A stretch of 64,000 nt of DNA from an uncultured Pseudomonadales bacterium (GTDB lineage Bacteria > Patescibacteriota > Microgenomatia > UBA1400 > CAYNFZ01). The stretch is taken from NCBI GenBank assembly GCA_964398525.1, contig CAYNMS010000003.1:547-64546 (forward strand), in the 5' to 3' direction. The number at the start of each line of letters is the position of its first letter. Within the stretch, counting starts at the first letter, position 1. Both the position numbers and the translations under genes were made by a program. This document shows positions 44,026-53,179 of this stretch, piece after piece. Under the pieces are notes generated by a model. The model did not search any database. It was not told where the DNA came from and saw nothing but the letters and a program-made list of their open reading frames with translations.

Positions 44026-45146
44026 TGCAGAACCTAGATCTGGCTCAAAAACTAATTAGCATTCCCTCCTATGTTGGTCCAAAAACCAACGAATCCATTC
44101 TTGGGGAGTTCATCCTAAACTACATTCGCAAATACACCTCGCTAACCATCATCAAACAACAACCTCTTCCAGGATCAAGCCGCTTCAATTTGATTGTTTC
44201 TGATGGATATCCTCCAAATTTAATTTTTATCAGTCACATGGATACCGTATATCCATCCGGTAACACCCAGTCAATGTTAACCCCCAGGATCAGTCAAGAC
44301 CAACTTCTAGGTCTTGGTGCAGCTGATATGAAAGGGGGTATGGCATCACTCCTTACTGCAGTCAGTAATTTCAACAAAACCCAAGGCCTCACCTTGATTT
44401 TCGACTGTGACGAAGAATCCTATTTTAAGGGGATCAAACAAATTCTCAAATCCTATTGTTTCCAACCTCAATTAGTTGTTTGTCCAGAACCCACCGACGG
44501 TAAAATAATTAATGGCTGCCGTGGTGTTATCGAAATTGAGTTTACTCTTAAAGGCAAGACTGCTCACGCCAGCATGCCTGAAAAAGGCGTCAACTCTATC
44601 ATTCAAAGTGTCCGGCTAGTCAATCGACTCACTCAATTTTTTTCTCAATCCCCTGCATCCGATCTTGGTCAAACGTCAGTCAACCTCGCCTACTTAAACG
44701 GAGGTCTCGTTGTCAATTCTCAGATAATAAATCAACCTAATTGTGTCCCCAATCAGGCCTATTTTACTCTTGACATTCGCCCAGCCAATCCAAAAATCAA
44801 TGCTAATCTTGTGATCGATCAGGCAATTAATCTTGCAAAACCTTTTCAACTTACTGTCTCAAAAGCTCAAATCAAACTCGACTACCCCTCCTACTTTACC
44901 CCTAAATCACAACTGCAAACTCTCGAAACCGTTCAACAACAAGTGCTTGGCAAAGTAAGTTATCAAAAACTTGATCAAGCTGGTTTTTTTGAATCAGCTA
45001 TAGTCAGTCGAAGTTGGAATTGTCCAGCTGTCAATTTTGGTCCTACCGGAACTTTTCATAATCCTAACGAGTATGTCTCTCTTGCTAGCCTCAACCAATG
45101 CCAACAAGTCTATCAACAACTAATTCAAGCCTACTGCACCCCATAA
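44025..45146 (+). CDS. M20-family metallopeptidase/deacylase (ArgE/DapE/PepD-like)
   Basis: ISHMDTVYPSG and LGAADMKGGMASLL motifs. Confidence 0.75.
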   Translation: MQNLDLAQKLISIPSYVGPKTNESILGEFILNYIRKYTSLTIIKQQPLPGSSRFNLIVSDGYPPNLIFISHMDTVYPSGNTQSMLTPRISQDQLLGLGAADMKGGMASLLTAVSNFNKTQGLTLIFDCDEESYFKGIKQILKSYCFQPQLVVCPEPTDGKIINGCRGVIEIEFTLKGKTAHASMPEKGVNSIIQSVRLVNRLTQFFSQSPASDLGQTSVNLAYLNGGLVVNSQIINQPNCVPNQAYFTLDIRPANPKINANLVIDQAINLAKPFQLTVSKAQIKLDYPSYFTPKSQLQTLETVQQQVLGKVSYQKLDQAGFFESAIVSRSWNCPAVNFGPTGTFHNPNEYVSLASLNQCQQVYQQLIQAYCTP

Positions 45147-45200
45147 TGGAGTGTATAGAGATAAAAGAACTAATATCTAACCAATTTTGGAGATGCTAAA

Positions 45201-46454
45201 ATGACACTTATGAATAATAACACCCCCCAAACCCTCAAAGGCTTTCGTGATTTTCTCCCTACCGAAAAAAGAAAACGGGACTTCCTTGCCTCCAAATTAA
45301 CTCAAGTTTTTGCCCTCTACGGCTTCGAACCATTAGAGACACCCACGCTCGAATATGCTTCCCTCCTCTTAGGTAAATACGGCGATGAAGCCGACAAGCT
45401 AGTCTATACATTCACTGATAGAGGAGGGCGTGAAATAGGTTTACGATACGATCAAACCGTACCTACTGCTCGGGTTTTAGCTCAGTATCAGCATCAACTT
45501 CCCAAATATTTTCGCCGCTACCAAATTCAAAACACCTTTAGATCAGAAAAGCCACAGGCCGGTCGTTACCGGGAATTCACTCAATGCGATTTAGACATCT
45601 TTGGCAGCTCGGATCCACTTGCTGACGCCGAGATCTTAGCCGCTGTCTACGCTTCATACAAATCAATCGGCTTTGATCAAATCATTATCAAAATCAACGA
45701 TCGCCAAATTCTTTTTGATGCTCTCTCCCCTTTTTCATCTGCATCTATTTCAGTTTTCTCTCTTATTCAAACTGTAGACAAACTCGACAAGCTTTCCCTC
45801 GAGTCAGTCCAGGCAGAGCTCATTTCCAAGGGTCTTACTTCAGAACAAGCTTCTCAGGCTCTTGATCTCATTACTTCTACCCCAAAACCCAAATCTCTCC
45901 AAGCCATAACCAACAACGCGGTCAGTCTGGGTGTTCCCGACACTTCCCTTCAATTCTCCCCTACTCTCGCTAGAGGCCTTGATTATTACACCGGCTTAAT
46001 CATCGAAGTCCAAATCCCTCAGTTTACTTCCGGCTCAGTTGGTGGAGGAGGCCGATACGATAAACTCATCGAGGATCTCTCTGGAGTCTCCCTTCCCGCT
46101 GTTGGTTTTGCCTTTGGCTTTGATCGAACTCTTGAGGCAGCAGATACTCTCGGACTTATTCCTTCTGCCACCAATACCACTCAAGTCTTAGTCTCAATTT
46201 TTAGTGACCAAACCCTCAGCCAATCCCTCGATATTGCCACCTCGCTTCGTCAAGCTGGCATCTCCACCGAAGTCTACCCTGCTCTCGACAAATTAAGTAA
46301 GCAAGTTAAGCTTGCTAACCAAAAATCTATTCCCTGGGTAGTCATCATTGGTGACACCGAACAAGCCTCAAACCAAATTACCCTCAAAAACATGAACAGT
46401 GGCGACCAGCAAACTCTTTCACTAGACCAAGCCATCCAACTTATTCAGTCTTAA
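45201..46454 (+). CDS. hisS: histidyl-tRNA synthetase
   Basis: GFRDFLP, RRYQIQNTFRSEKPQAGRYREFTQCDLDIFG, GGGRYD motifs. Confidence 0.9.
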   Translation: MTLMNNNTPQTLKGFRDFLPTEKRKRDFLASKLTQVFALYGFEPLETPTLEYASLLLGKYGDEADKLVYTFTDRGGREIGLRYDQTVPTARVLAQYQHQLPKYFRRYQIQNTFRSEKPQAGRYREFTQCDLDIFGSSDPLADAEILAAVYASYKSIGFDQIIIKINDRQILFDALSPFSSASISVFSLIQTVDKLDKLSLESVQAELISKGLTSEQASQALDLITSTPKPKSLQAITNNAVSLGVPDTSLQFSPTLARGLDYYTGLIIEVQIPQFTSGSVGGGGRYDKLIEDLSGVSLPAVGFAFGFDRTLEAADTLGLIPSATNTTQVLVSIFSDQTLSQSLDIATSLRQAGISTEVYPALDKLSKQVKLANQKSIPWVVIIGDTEQASNQITLKNMNSGDQQTLSLDQAIQLIQS

Positions 46455-46500
46455 TTTGGCACCTCTACCAATTTTCACTCTTAACCATTATCCTATTTAA

Positions 46501-47442
46501 GTGAAACCCTCCCGCTCCCTTGCTTATCTGGCTCTTATTCTCAACGCTGCCATTTGGGGTGCCGCTCTACCGATTGTAAAACCCGCACTCGAGTATGTTA
46601 CTCCTTATCAGTATCTTTTCTATCGCTACCTTATCGGCACGATTTTTATCTTTCCCCTTTTTATCTATCTAATCAAACGCCACCCTCTCAAACCTCGTCA
46701 ACTGCTGATTATTATCGCTTTAGAATCCCTCGTCATGGTCATTGGCCATTCTCTACTTTACCTGGGGCTGGATCTAACCACCTCTCTTGAAGCCTCCATT
46801 ATTGGTATTACTTCCCCTGTTTTTATCACTCTAGGTGGATTATTTTTTCTCAAAGAAAAAGAAGAGCGACATGAAGCTGTCGGACTTTTCATCGCTTTAG
46901 CCGGCACTTTAATTGTCACTCTCGAACCGTATTTAAGTTCAAACCGGCTCTCACTAGGTGGCACTCAAGGCAATCTTTTGGTGCTGTCGTATGTCCTTAT
47001 CTGGACCTTTTACAACCTTGTGGCCAAACGCATTTATCCCAAAATCAACAAGCTCCTTATTACTTCTATTGGCCTTTTCTCGTCAACCCTCGCTTTGGGC
47101 TTTTTGGTGTTATTAGACCAACCCTTAAGTCCACTTGCCGCCCTTAATTTTCACACCAACCTTCTTTTCCAACCATCCGTCCTTTTTGCTTCCCTTTACA
47201 TGGGGACCCTCGGCACCATTGCTGCGGTTTCCCTTTATATCTACGGTCTAAGCCACATCGAAGCCTCCGAAGCTTCTCTTTTTTCGTATCTTCAACCCCT
47301 TGTAGCCATACCTTTAGCCGTCGTTTGGCTTTCAGAACCATTTTCTCTACTCTCCTCTGCTGGCTTAATTTTTATAGCTTTTGGCGTCATTATCGCCCAA
47401 ATTCGTACATCTACCCGCAAAAAGAGCCATCGTAAGTACTAA
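46501..47442 (+). CDS. DMT-superfamily (EamA) transporter
   Basis: 10 TM helices, GTG start. Confidence 0.7.
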   Translation: MKPSRSLAYLALILNAAIWGAALPIVKPALEYVTPYQYLFYRYLIGTIFIFPLFIYLIKRHPLKPRQLLIIIALESLVMVIGHSLLYLGLDLTTSLEASIIGITSPVFITLGGLFFLKEKEERHEAVGLFIALAGTLIVTLEPYLSSNRLSLGGTQGNLLVLSYVLIWTFYNLVAKRIYPKINKLLITSIGLFSSTLALGFLVLLDQPLSPLAALNFHTNLLFQPSVLFASLYMGTLGTIAAVSLYIYGLSHIEASEASLFSYLQPLVAIPLAVVWLSEPFSLLSSAGLIFIAFGVIIAQIRTSTRKKSHRKY

Positions 47443-47475
47443 AACTTGCTTCTATCAGCTAGAATATCTATATTC

Positions 47476-48117
47476 ATGCACATTCACCATAAACTTGAGA
47501 AACTTTTCTCCAAATACACTCCCATTAATTGTAAAAAAAACGAAGCCCTTATTGCCGGCAACAACCCCACCGGTGTCTTTTATCTATCTCAAGGATACAT
47601 TCGCCAGTGCTCGGTTTCCCCCTCCGGAGCTGAAACTCTTCTAAATCTCTACAAACCAGGGACCTTTTTCCCCATGACCTGGGCCATTGCCGATATCCCC
47701 AACACCGATTTTTTTGAAACTTTAACTCCCATCAAAGCCTGGAGGGCTCCCAAACATGCTGTTGTAGATTTTCTCAGACAAGAACCAGAGGTGCTTTTTG
47801 ATCTTACCCGTCGTCTATTAATCGGTCTGGACGCCACTCTAGATCGGCTTGAAAGTTTTTACCTTCACGAAGCTGACAAAAAAACTCTTTTGGCCTTGGT
47901 GATTTTGGCAAAGCGATTTTCCAGTAATATTGATTCCAATTCGCCGATTATTGATCTTCCTATCAAACAGGAAGCTCTGGCAACTCTCGCCGGCACCACC
48001 AAAGAAACTTTTAGCCGAGAAATGAGCAAACTTAAAAAAGAAGAACTTATTTCTTACAACCGCGGTCAGATCATCATCCACGATTTTGCCCAACTAAAAA
48101 AAAGACTTTACACTTGA
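47476..48117 (+). CDS. Crp/Fnr-family transcriptional regulator
   Basis: cNMP-binding-like domain then HTH LATLAGTTKETFSREMSKLKKEELI. Confidence 0.7.
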   Translation: MHIHHKLEKLFSKYTPINCKKNEALIAGNNPTGVFYLSQGYIRQCSVSPSGAETLLNLYKPGTFFPMTWAIADIPNTDFFETLTPIKAWRAPKHAVVDFLRQEPEVLFDLTRRLLIGLDATLDRLESFYLHEADKKTLLALVILAKRFSSNIDSNSPIIDLPIKQEALATLAGTTKETFSREMSKLKKEELISYNRGQIIIHDFAQLKKRLYT

Positions 48118-48172
48118 CCTTCCCAAAACCCACTCTTCCTGATAAAATTACCCTTCATTAGAAAGGTTTATT

Positions 48173-48496
48173 ATGAAAAACAATACTCATCCAACTTATT
48201 ACCCCGATGCCCAGGTTGTCTGTTCTTGTGGCCATAAATTTACCACTGGCTCAACCATCAAAGACATCCACGTCGACATTTGCTCGAATTGTCACCCCTT
48301 CTTCACTGGAGAAATGAAATTTGTTGATACTCAAGGCCGAGTTGAGCGTTTTGAATCCATGCGCCAAAAAGCTCAATCTCTCCAACAAACTCGAGGAAAA
48401 AAGAAAAAGAACCAAGCTGTCTCAGATGATTCTGATTCTCCCAAAACCCTCAAGGAAATGCTCGAAGACGTCAAATCCAAAAGCGCCACCCAATAA
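48173..48496 (+). CDS. rpmE: 50S ribosomal protein L31 with Lys/acidic C-terminal extension
   Basis: [18 protein letters not shown]...[10 protein letters not shown]. Confidence 0.85.
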   Translation: MKNNTHPTYYPDAQVVCSCGHKFTTGSTIKDIHVDICSNCHPFFTGEMKFVDTQGRVERFESMRQKAQSLQQTRGKKKKNQAVSDDSDSPKTLKEMLEDVKSKSATQ

Positions 48497-48555
48497 CTTT
48501 GCCTGTCACCTTTCGCTTACCTCCTGTGCTCAAACGCATATGTTAAGCTAATTCC

Positions 48556-49461
48556 ATGAACCAAACTGTCATAGATCAACTCCAAGGTCAGTTAAATACT
48601 CTTGAAGCTAAGCTTCAGGAATCTCAAGCCCTCCTCACCGATCCCGAACTTGGTCCCCTTGCCCAAGCAGAAATCGAGAACCTCAAATTACAACAATCTG
48701 CCCTCCAAGAGTCACTCCAATCCCTCCAAAACTCCTCAACCTCATCTCCCACACCAACCTCCTCTTTTAAACACATCACCCTCGAAATCCGGCCTGGAGC
48801 TGGCGGTGAGGAAGCAAAAATTTGGGTAGACGACCTGATTCGTATGTATTCACGTTATCTCGAAACTCACCCTTTCAAATTCGAACAGCTTGATGTCTCG
48901 GTTCTTAAAATTCGCGGCGAAAATGCTTTTCAAACTTTTAAGTACGAATCCGGTGTTCACCGGGTCCAAAGAGTTCCCGCCACCGAATCTCAGGGTAGAA
49001 TTCACACCTCAACTGCCTCAGTTGCCGTGCTGCCCATCATCCCCCAAAACCAACTTGCTATTCGCGATGAAGATCTCGATTGGCAATTTTTCCGCTCCGG
49101 TGGTCATGGTGGCCAAAATGTCAACAAAGTCAGCACTGCGGTTCGCCTCACCCATACCCCCACTGGGACAGTTGTAACCTGCTCGTCGGAACGAAGCCAG
49201 TCTCAAAACCGTGAAATTGCCTTAGACATGCTTCGGTCTCAAATCTGGGAACAACAAGAAGAAGAACGGCTCGGAAGCCTTGAAGAAAAGCGTCGCGCAG
49301 CCATAGGCCGAGCTATGAGAGCTGAAAAAATTCGCACTTATAATTTTCCTCAAAACCGTCTAACCGACCATCGCCTCAACCAATCATGGCACAATCTGGA
49401 AAACATACTTGATGGTAATTTAGATGATGTCCTCGAGGCCCTCCAAACCCTGTCAGAGTAA
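48556..49461 (+). CDS. prfA: peptide chain release factor 1 (compact)
   Basis: GGQ motif SGGHGGQNVNKV, PAT tripeptide in VPATESQGRIHTS. Confidence 0.8.
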   Translation: MNQTVIDQLQGQLNTLEAKLQESQALLTDPELGPLAQAEIENLKLQQSALQESLQSLQNSSTSSPTPTSSFKHITLEIRPGAGGEEAKIWVDDLIRMYSRYLETHPFKFEQLDVSVLKIRGENAFQTFKYESGVHRVQRVPATESQGRIHTSTASVAVLPIIPQNQLAIRDEDLDWQFFRSGGHGGQNVNKVSTAVRLTHTPTGTVVTCSSERSQSQNREIALDMLRSQIWEQQEEERLGSLEEKRRAAIGRAMRAEKIRTYNFPQNRLTDHRLNQSWHNLENILDGNLDDVLEALQTLSE

Positions 49462-49462
49462 C

Positions 49463-50620
49463 CTATTCGTCCTCTAGAGTACTCGACAAACTTACCTCCA
49501 CTTGCCTGGTCTCTCCATCACGCCACAGTTCCAAAGCTACCCTTTCACCAGATCTTTTTTTCCCAATTATCTCAGCCAAAGTGTTCTCTTCGTCCAAATT
49601 TTCCCCATCAATTTTGGTAATTATATCCCCTTGCTCTATTCCGGCCGTTTCCGCTGCTGATCCTGGTATCACTTCCCGTACATATGCCCCCGCTGGAACT
49701 TCGTTCATCAACGCCACATCACGGCTAATCAGCTGATAACTCACTCCCAAAAAGGCCCTATCAAATCTGCCAGTTTCCTCAAAATTAGTCAGCGATTCTT
49801 TTAATATATTTATTGGTATAGCAAACCCAATGTTTTCTGCCCCCGCACTCACTGCCGTATTAATGCCTATCACTTGACCAGCACTGTTAAGCAAAGGTCC
49901 ACCTGAGTTGCCCGGATTTATAGCCGCATCTGTTTGAATTACATTGTCTAGTTCTTCAATAAAACCTCCAAATTGTGAACCTGCTTGAATCCCCCGACCT
50001 AAACCGGAAATCACCCCCGTCGTAACTGTGTGTCTAAACTCACCCAAGGCAGTTCCAATCGCAATTACAAACTGCCCGACCTTCAGATTTTCTGAATCCC
50101 CCAATTCGATCGAGGGTAAATTATTATTCTCTACTTGAAGTATGGCTAGATCATTGGCCGGATCACGATAAATCTGCTCCACCCTGTGTTCATTACCGTC
50201 CCGGTCAATAATCGTATACTCTGCACCAGCCTCCCCCACTACATGCTTATTAGTAACCACCAAGCCGTCACCCACCACAAAACCAGATCCTATATCTTGC
50301 TCTATAGTTTCAGTCCTCCCTTCCCCTCTACCAAAAAAACCAAACGGATTCGCAAACGGATCGATAATTTGTCTCTCTTGCGTAATCGAGACCGTTACCA
50401 CACTTGGTGCCACTCTCTCCGCTACATCTACCACTACCGATTCTTCTCTTAAAATTCTCTGAGTTATCCCTCCATTGCTTTCTATACCCTGACGGGGAAA
50501 CAAATTTTCCAAAGGCTCAAAAATAAACAACCTATCAGCCACAGCCCCAGTCAAAGCCGCAATAACCAGCAATACAAAAAATGTCAGTCCCAAAGTCAAA
50601 CTTGTAACAGCTCGTTTCAT
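49463..50620 (-). CDS. HtrA/DegP-family serine protease with PDZ domain
   Basis: GNSGGPLLN catalytic Ser motif. Confidence 0.85.
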   Translation of the reverse strand: MKRAVTSLTLGLTFFVLLVIAALTGAVADRLFIFEPLENLFPRQGIESNGGITQRILREESVVVDVAERVAPSVVTVSITQERQIIDPFANPFGFFGRGEGRTETIEQDIGSGFVVGDGLVVTNKHVVGEAGAEYTIIDRDGNEHRVEQIYRDPANDLAILQVENNNLPSIELGDSENLKVGQFVIAIGTALGEFRHTVTTGVISGLGRGIQAGSQFGGFIEELDNVIQTDAAINPGNSGGPLLNSAGQVIGINTAVSAGAENIGFAIPINILKESLTNFEETGRFDRAFLGVSYQLISRDVALMNEVPAGAYVREVIPGSAAETAGIEQGDIITKIDGENLDEENTLAEIIGKKRSGERVALELWRDGETRQVEVSLSSTLEDE

Positions 50621-50661
50621 TAAGTCCGCATTTTAAATATTGCTTGTCAAAACTTCAACCT

Positions 50662-51915
50662 CTACAACGCCTCCATCGCTCTCACCACTACTGGGTCCGG
50701 TGCGTCAGCCTCCAAAGTACCTGAAATACTTGCTTCAATGTCCGGTTCTAGTCCATCCTCATGAATCCAATCTCCCTTAGGCAGCAACCATCGTGCTGTA
50801 GTGATGTGAATACCTGTTCCGTTTCTCAATTCCTCAGCATTCTGTACTGTTCCTTTTCCAAAACTTCTCTCTCCTACTAATGTTGCTCCCAATCTGTCTC
50901 GTAGTGCCCCCGCCACAATCTCACTCGCCGATGCGCTTCCTCGGTTTATTAATACCACTACCGGTACATCGTTTAATCGGCCTTGTCGATTAACACTGTA
51001 TGTTTCAGTCATGTACTTACCCTGCTGTTTAACCACTACCCCCGAATCAATAAATTCACTGGCTATAAATATCGCCCCGTTTAGGTAACCACCAGGATTA
51101 TTCCTCATATCCAATAGCACTCCCGCCAAATTATCTTTTCGTGCCACAATATCACTTACCGCCTCGTTCCATTCTTCCTCAGTTCTGCCTCCAAAACGTG
51201 ACAAAGTCAGATGTGCCACCTCTTCGCCTTGATTGTTAGTTACATATTCAAGCTCGACCGATGGAATCACAATTGTTTCGCGAGCCAGTTCCACATCAAA
51301 AGGTTGGCCACCGTTATTTTCTCTAAACATAGTCAGAAGCACCTTGTTTCCATGATCCCCTCTAATTATCGACACCGCCTCTGGCAGGCTCATTCCAGTT
51401 GTATCTGTGTCAATGCCCTTATTCTTATCCACTATTCGCAAAATATAGTCTCCCGCTTGTATCCCCGCCGCCTCTGCCGGCATTCCCTTTAAAGGTGCCA
51501 CCACCGCCAATTGATTCTTTCTATACCCTAGTTGAATCCCTACCCCTTCAAAAGATCCAGATAAGTCTTCATTCGATCTCTGTTGTTCCTCAGGTGGCAA
51601 AAACACTGTATACGGGTCCCCCACCGCCGACACCATGCCCTCAATTGCCCCATAAACCATCATTTCACTATCCAATTTTTCGCTATCCAAATAATCTTTT
51701 TCTAATTTACGCCAAACATCCCAGAACAGAGAAAAATCAATTTCACTGTATTCCTGAGGTACTTCTGTGTTTACCACAATTTTAGGAGTCTTGGTTTCAC
51801 TCTCCAAGCTCAATTCACCTTTACCAAACCAATAACCCACTCCCAAACCTGTCGCCACCAAGCTACCGGCCAGAAAAAAATTTCTCAAATGTCTTAGTTT
51901 TAGGCGAAAACGCAT
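50662..51915 (-). CDS. C-terminal processing peptidase (S41)
   Basis: GSASASEIVAGALRD, PDZ. Confidence 0.85.
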   Translation of the reverse strand: MRFRLKLRHLRNFFLAGSLVATGLGVGYWFGKGELSLESETKTPKIVVNTEVPQEYSEIDFSLFWDVWRKLEKDYLDSEKLDSEMMVYGAIEGMVSAVGDPYTVFLPPEEQQRSNEDLSGSFEGVGIQLGYRKNQLAVVAPLKGMPAEAAGIQAGDYILRIVDKNKGIDTDTTGMSLPEAVSIIRGDHGNKVLLTMFRENNGGQPFDVELARETIVIPSVELEYVTNNQGEEVAHLTLSRFGGRTEEEWNEAVSDIVARKDNLAGVLLDMRNNPGGYLNGAIFIASEFIDSGVVVKQQGKYMTETYSVNRQGRLNDVPVVVLINRGSASASEIVAGALRDRLGATLVGERSFGKGTVQNAEELRNGTGIHITTARWLLPKGDWIHEDGLEPDIEASISGTLEADAPDPVVVRAMEAL

Positions 51916-51961
51916 GCCCTATACTATACCCGAACTAAATTACAATTTCATCCAAGTATTT

Positions 51962-52201
51962 TTAGCCCAAGACCGCAATAAATGGCAATCTGGCCAGATG
52001 ACGAGCTCTTTTAACCGCTATCGCCAGTCTCCTTTGGTGCTTCTGACAAAGTCCCGTGCGAGCTCTACCTAAAAGCTTGCCTCTCTCAGTTACAAAATTA
52101 GACAAAACCTCATGTTCCTTATAACTAGGAGTGCTGTTTCTCTCACAAAAACTGCACTTAGCATTACTGGCTCTAAAAATTCTTTTTCTTTGTTTTATCA
52201 T
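51962..52201 (-). CDS. rpsR: 30S ribosomal protein S18
   Basis: S18 signature, 79 aa. Confidence 0.9.
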   Translation of the reverse strand: MIKQRKRIFRASNAKCSFCERNSTPSYKEHEVLSNFVTERGKLLGRARTGLCQKHQRRLAIAVKRARHLARLPFIAVLG

Positions 52202-52210
52202 TTTTTCTCC

Positions 52211-52714
52211 TTAAAAAGGTATATCATCAACGTCTACTTTGTCATCCTCTGCTTCAGCCGCTTTAGTAGCCGCTTTTTCTGTCTCAGGCTCAGGCTCTGC
52301 TTGCTCATCCTCATAAACTTCCTGCTCTGCCGGCGCGCTGTAGTTATCCTGAGGTGCATACCCACCCGCTGACTTGGGTGCTCCCAATGCAATCATATCT
52401 TCAATAACAATTTCAGTTACTTGTCTTTCCTGACCATCCTGACCTGACCATCGTCTGGTTTGAAGTCTGCCTTCGACATAAACTTTTCGACCTTTAAACA
52501 AAAGCTGGGAACAAATTTCTGCTAGTTTAGACCAGGCTACAACTCGATGAAATTCTGTCTCTTCTTGGGTTTCTCCCCCATCTGAGGGTGTCCACGATCG
52601 ATTAGTAGCAATCCCAAAGGTACACACCGCCGTTCCACTGGGTGTATATCTCAACTCAGGGTCCCTAGTTAAATTTCCCAAAATCATTACTTTATTAAGT
52701 GATCTAACAGACAT
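52211..52714 (-). CDS. ssb: single-stranded DNA-binding protein
   Basis: OB-fold N-terminus VMILGNLTRDPELRYTPSG, acidic tail DDIPF. Confidence 0.9.
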   Translation of the reverse strand: MSVRSLNKVMILGNLTRDPELRYTPSGTAVCTFGIATNRSWTPSDGGETQEETEFHRVVAWSKLAEICSQLLFKGRKVYVEGRLQTRRWSGQDGQERQVTEIVIEDMIALGAPKSAGGYAPQDNYSAPAEQEVYEDEQAEPEPETEKAATKAAEAEDDKVDVDDIPF

Positions 52715-52761
52715 GTTTTCCTCCTTTGCCTCGGTTGCGAGTTCTTACCGTGGGCAGTGTC

Positions 52762-53049
52762 TTATTCTTCTCTGATTAATAATTGTCTTAAGATGCCTTT
52801 TTGCAATCTCAGTTCAGTTTCAAATTCCATCACTTTTTCTGCTGGCAAAACCAACTTCCAAAATAAATAAATTCCCTCACCATACTTTGCAATCGAATAG
52901 GCTAATTTTTGCTTGCCTTCCTCTTCCATTTCCACCACTTTACCCTTGTATTTTTTCACCAAATTCTCCACACTGGCAATCGCGCTCGACAACCCTTTTT
53001 CTTTCAATACCGGCGCAAATATCACCGTCAACTCGTAATTTCTCTTCAT
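52762..53049 (-). CDS. rpsF: 30S ribosomal protein S6
   Basis: MKRNYELTVIFAP; start moved to internal ATG. Confidence 0.8.
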   Translation of the reverse strand: MKRNYELTVIFAPVLKEKGLSSAIASVENLVKKYKGKVVEMEEEGKQKLAYSIAKYGEGIYLFWKLVLPAEKVMEFETELRLQKGILRQLLIREE

Positions 53050-53179
53050 GGTAGTTTTAGGTTTGGGTCTGAGTTCGTCTTCTGACAAACCCACCTTTAC
53101 CTACCTTACTAATTTTATTAACCCGTGTATGTTACCACAATCCCTTACTCTTCACAATCTGGGCTACCTCAAGTTAAAT

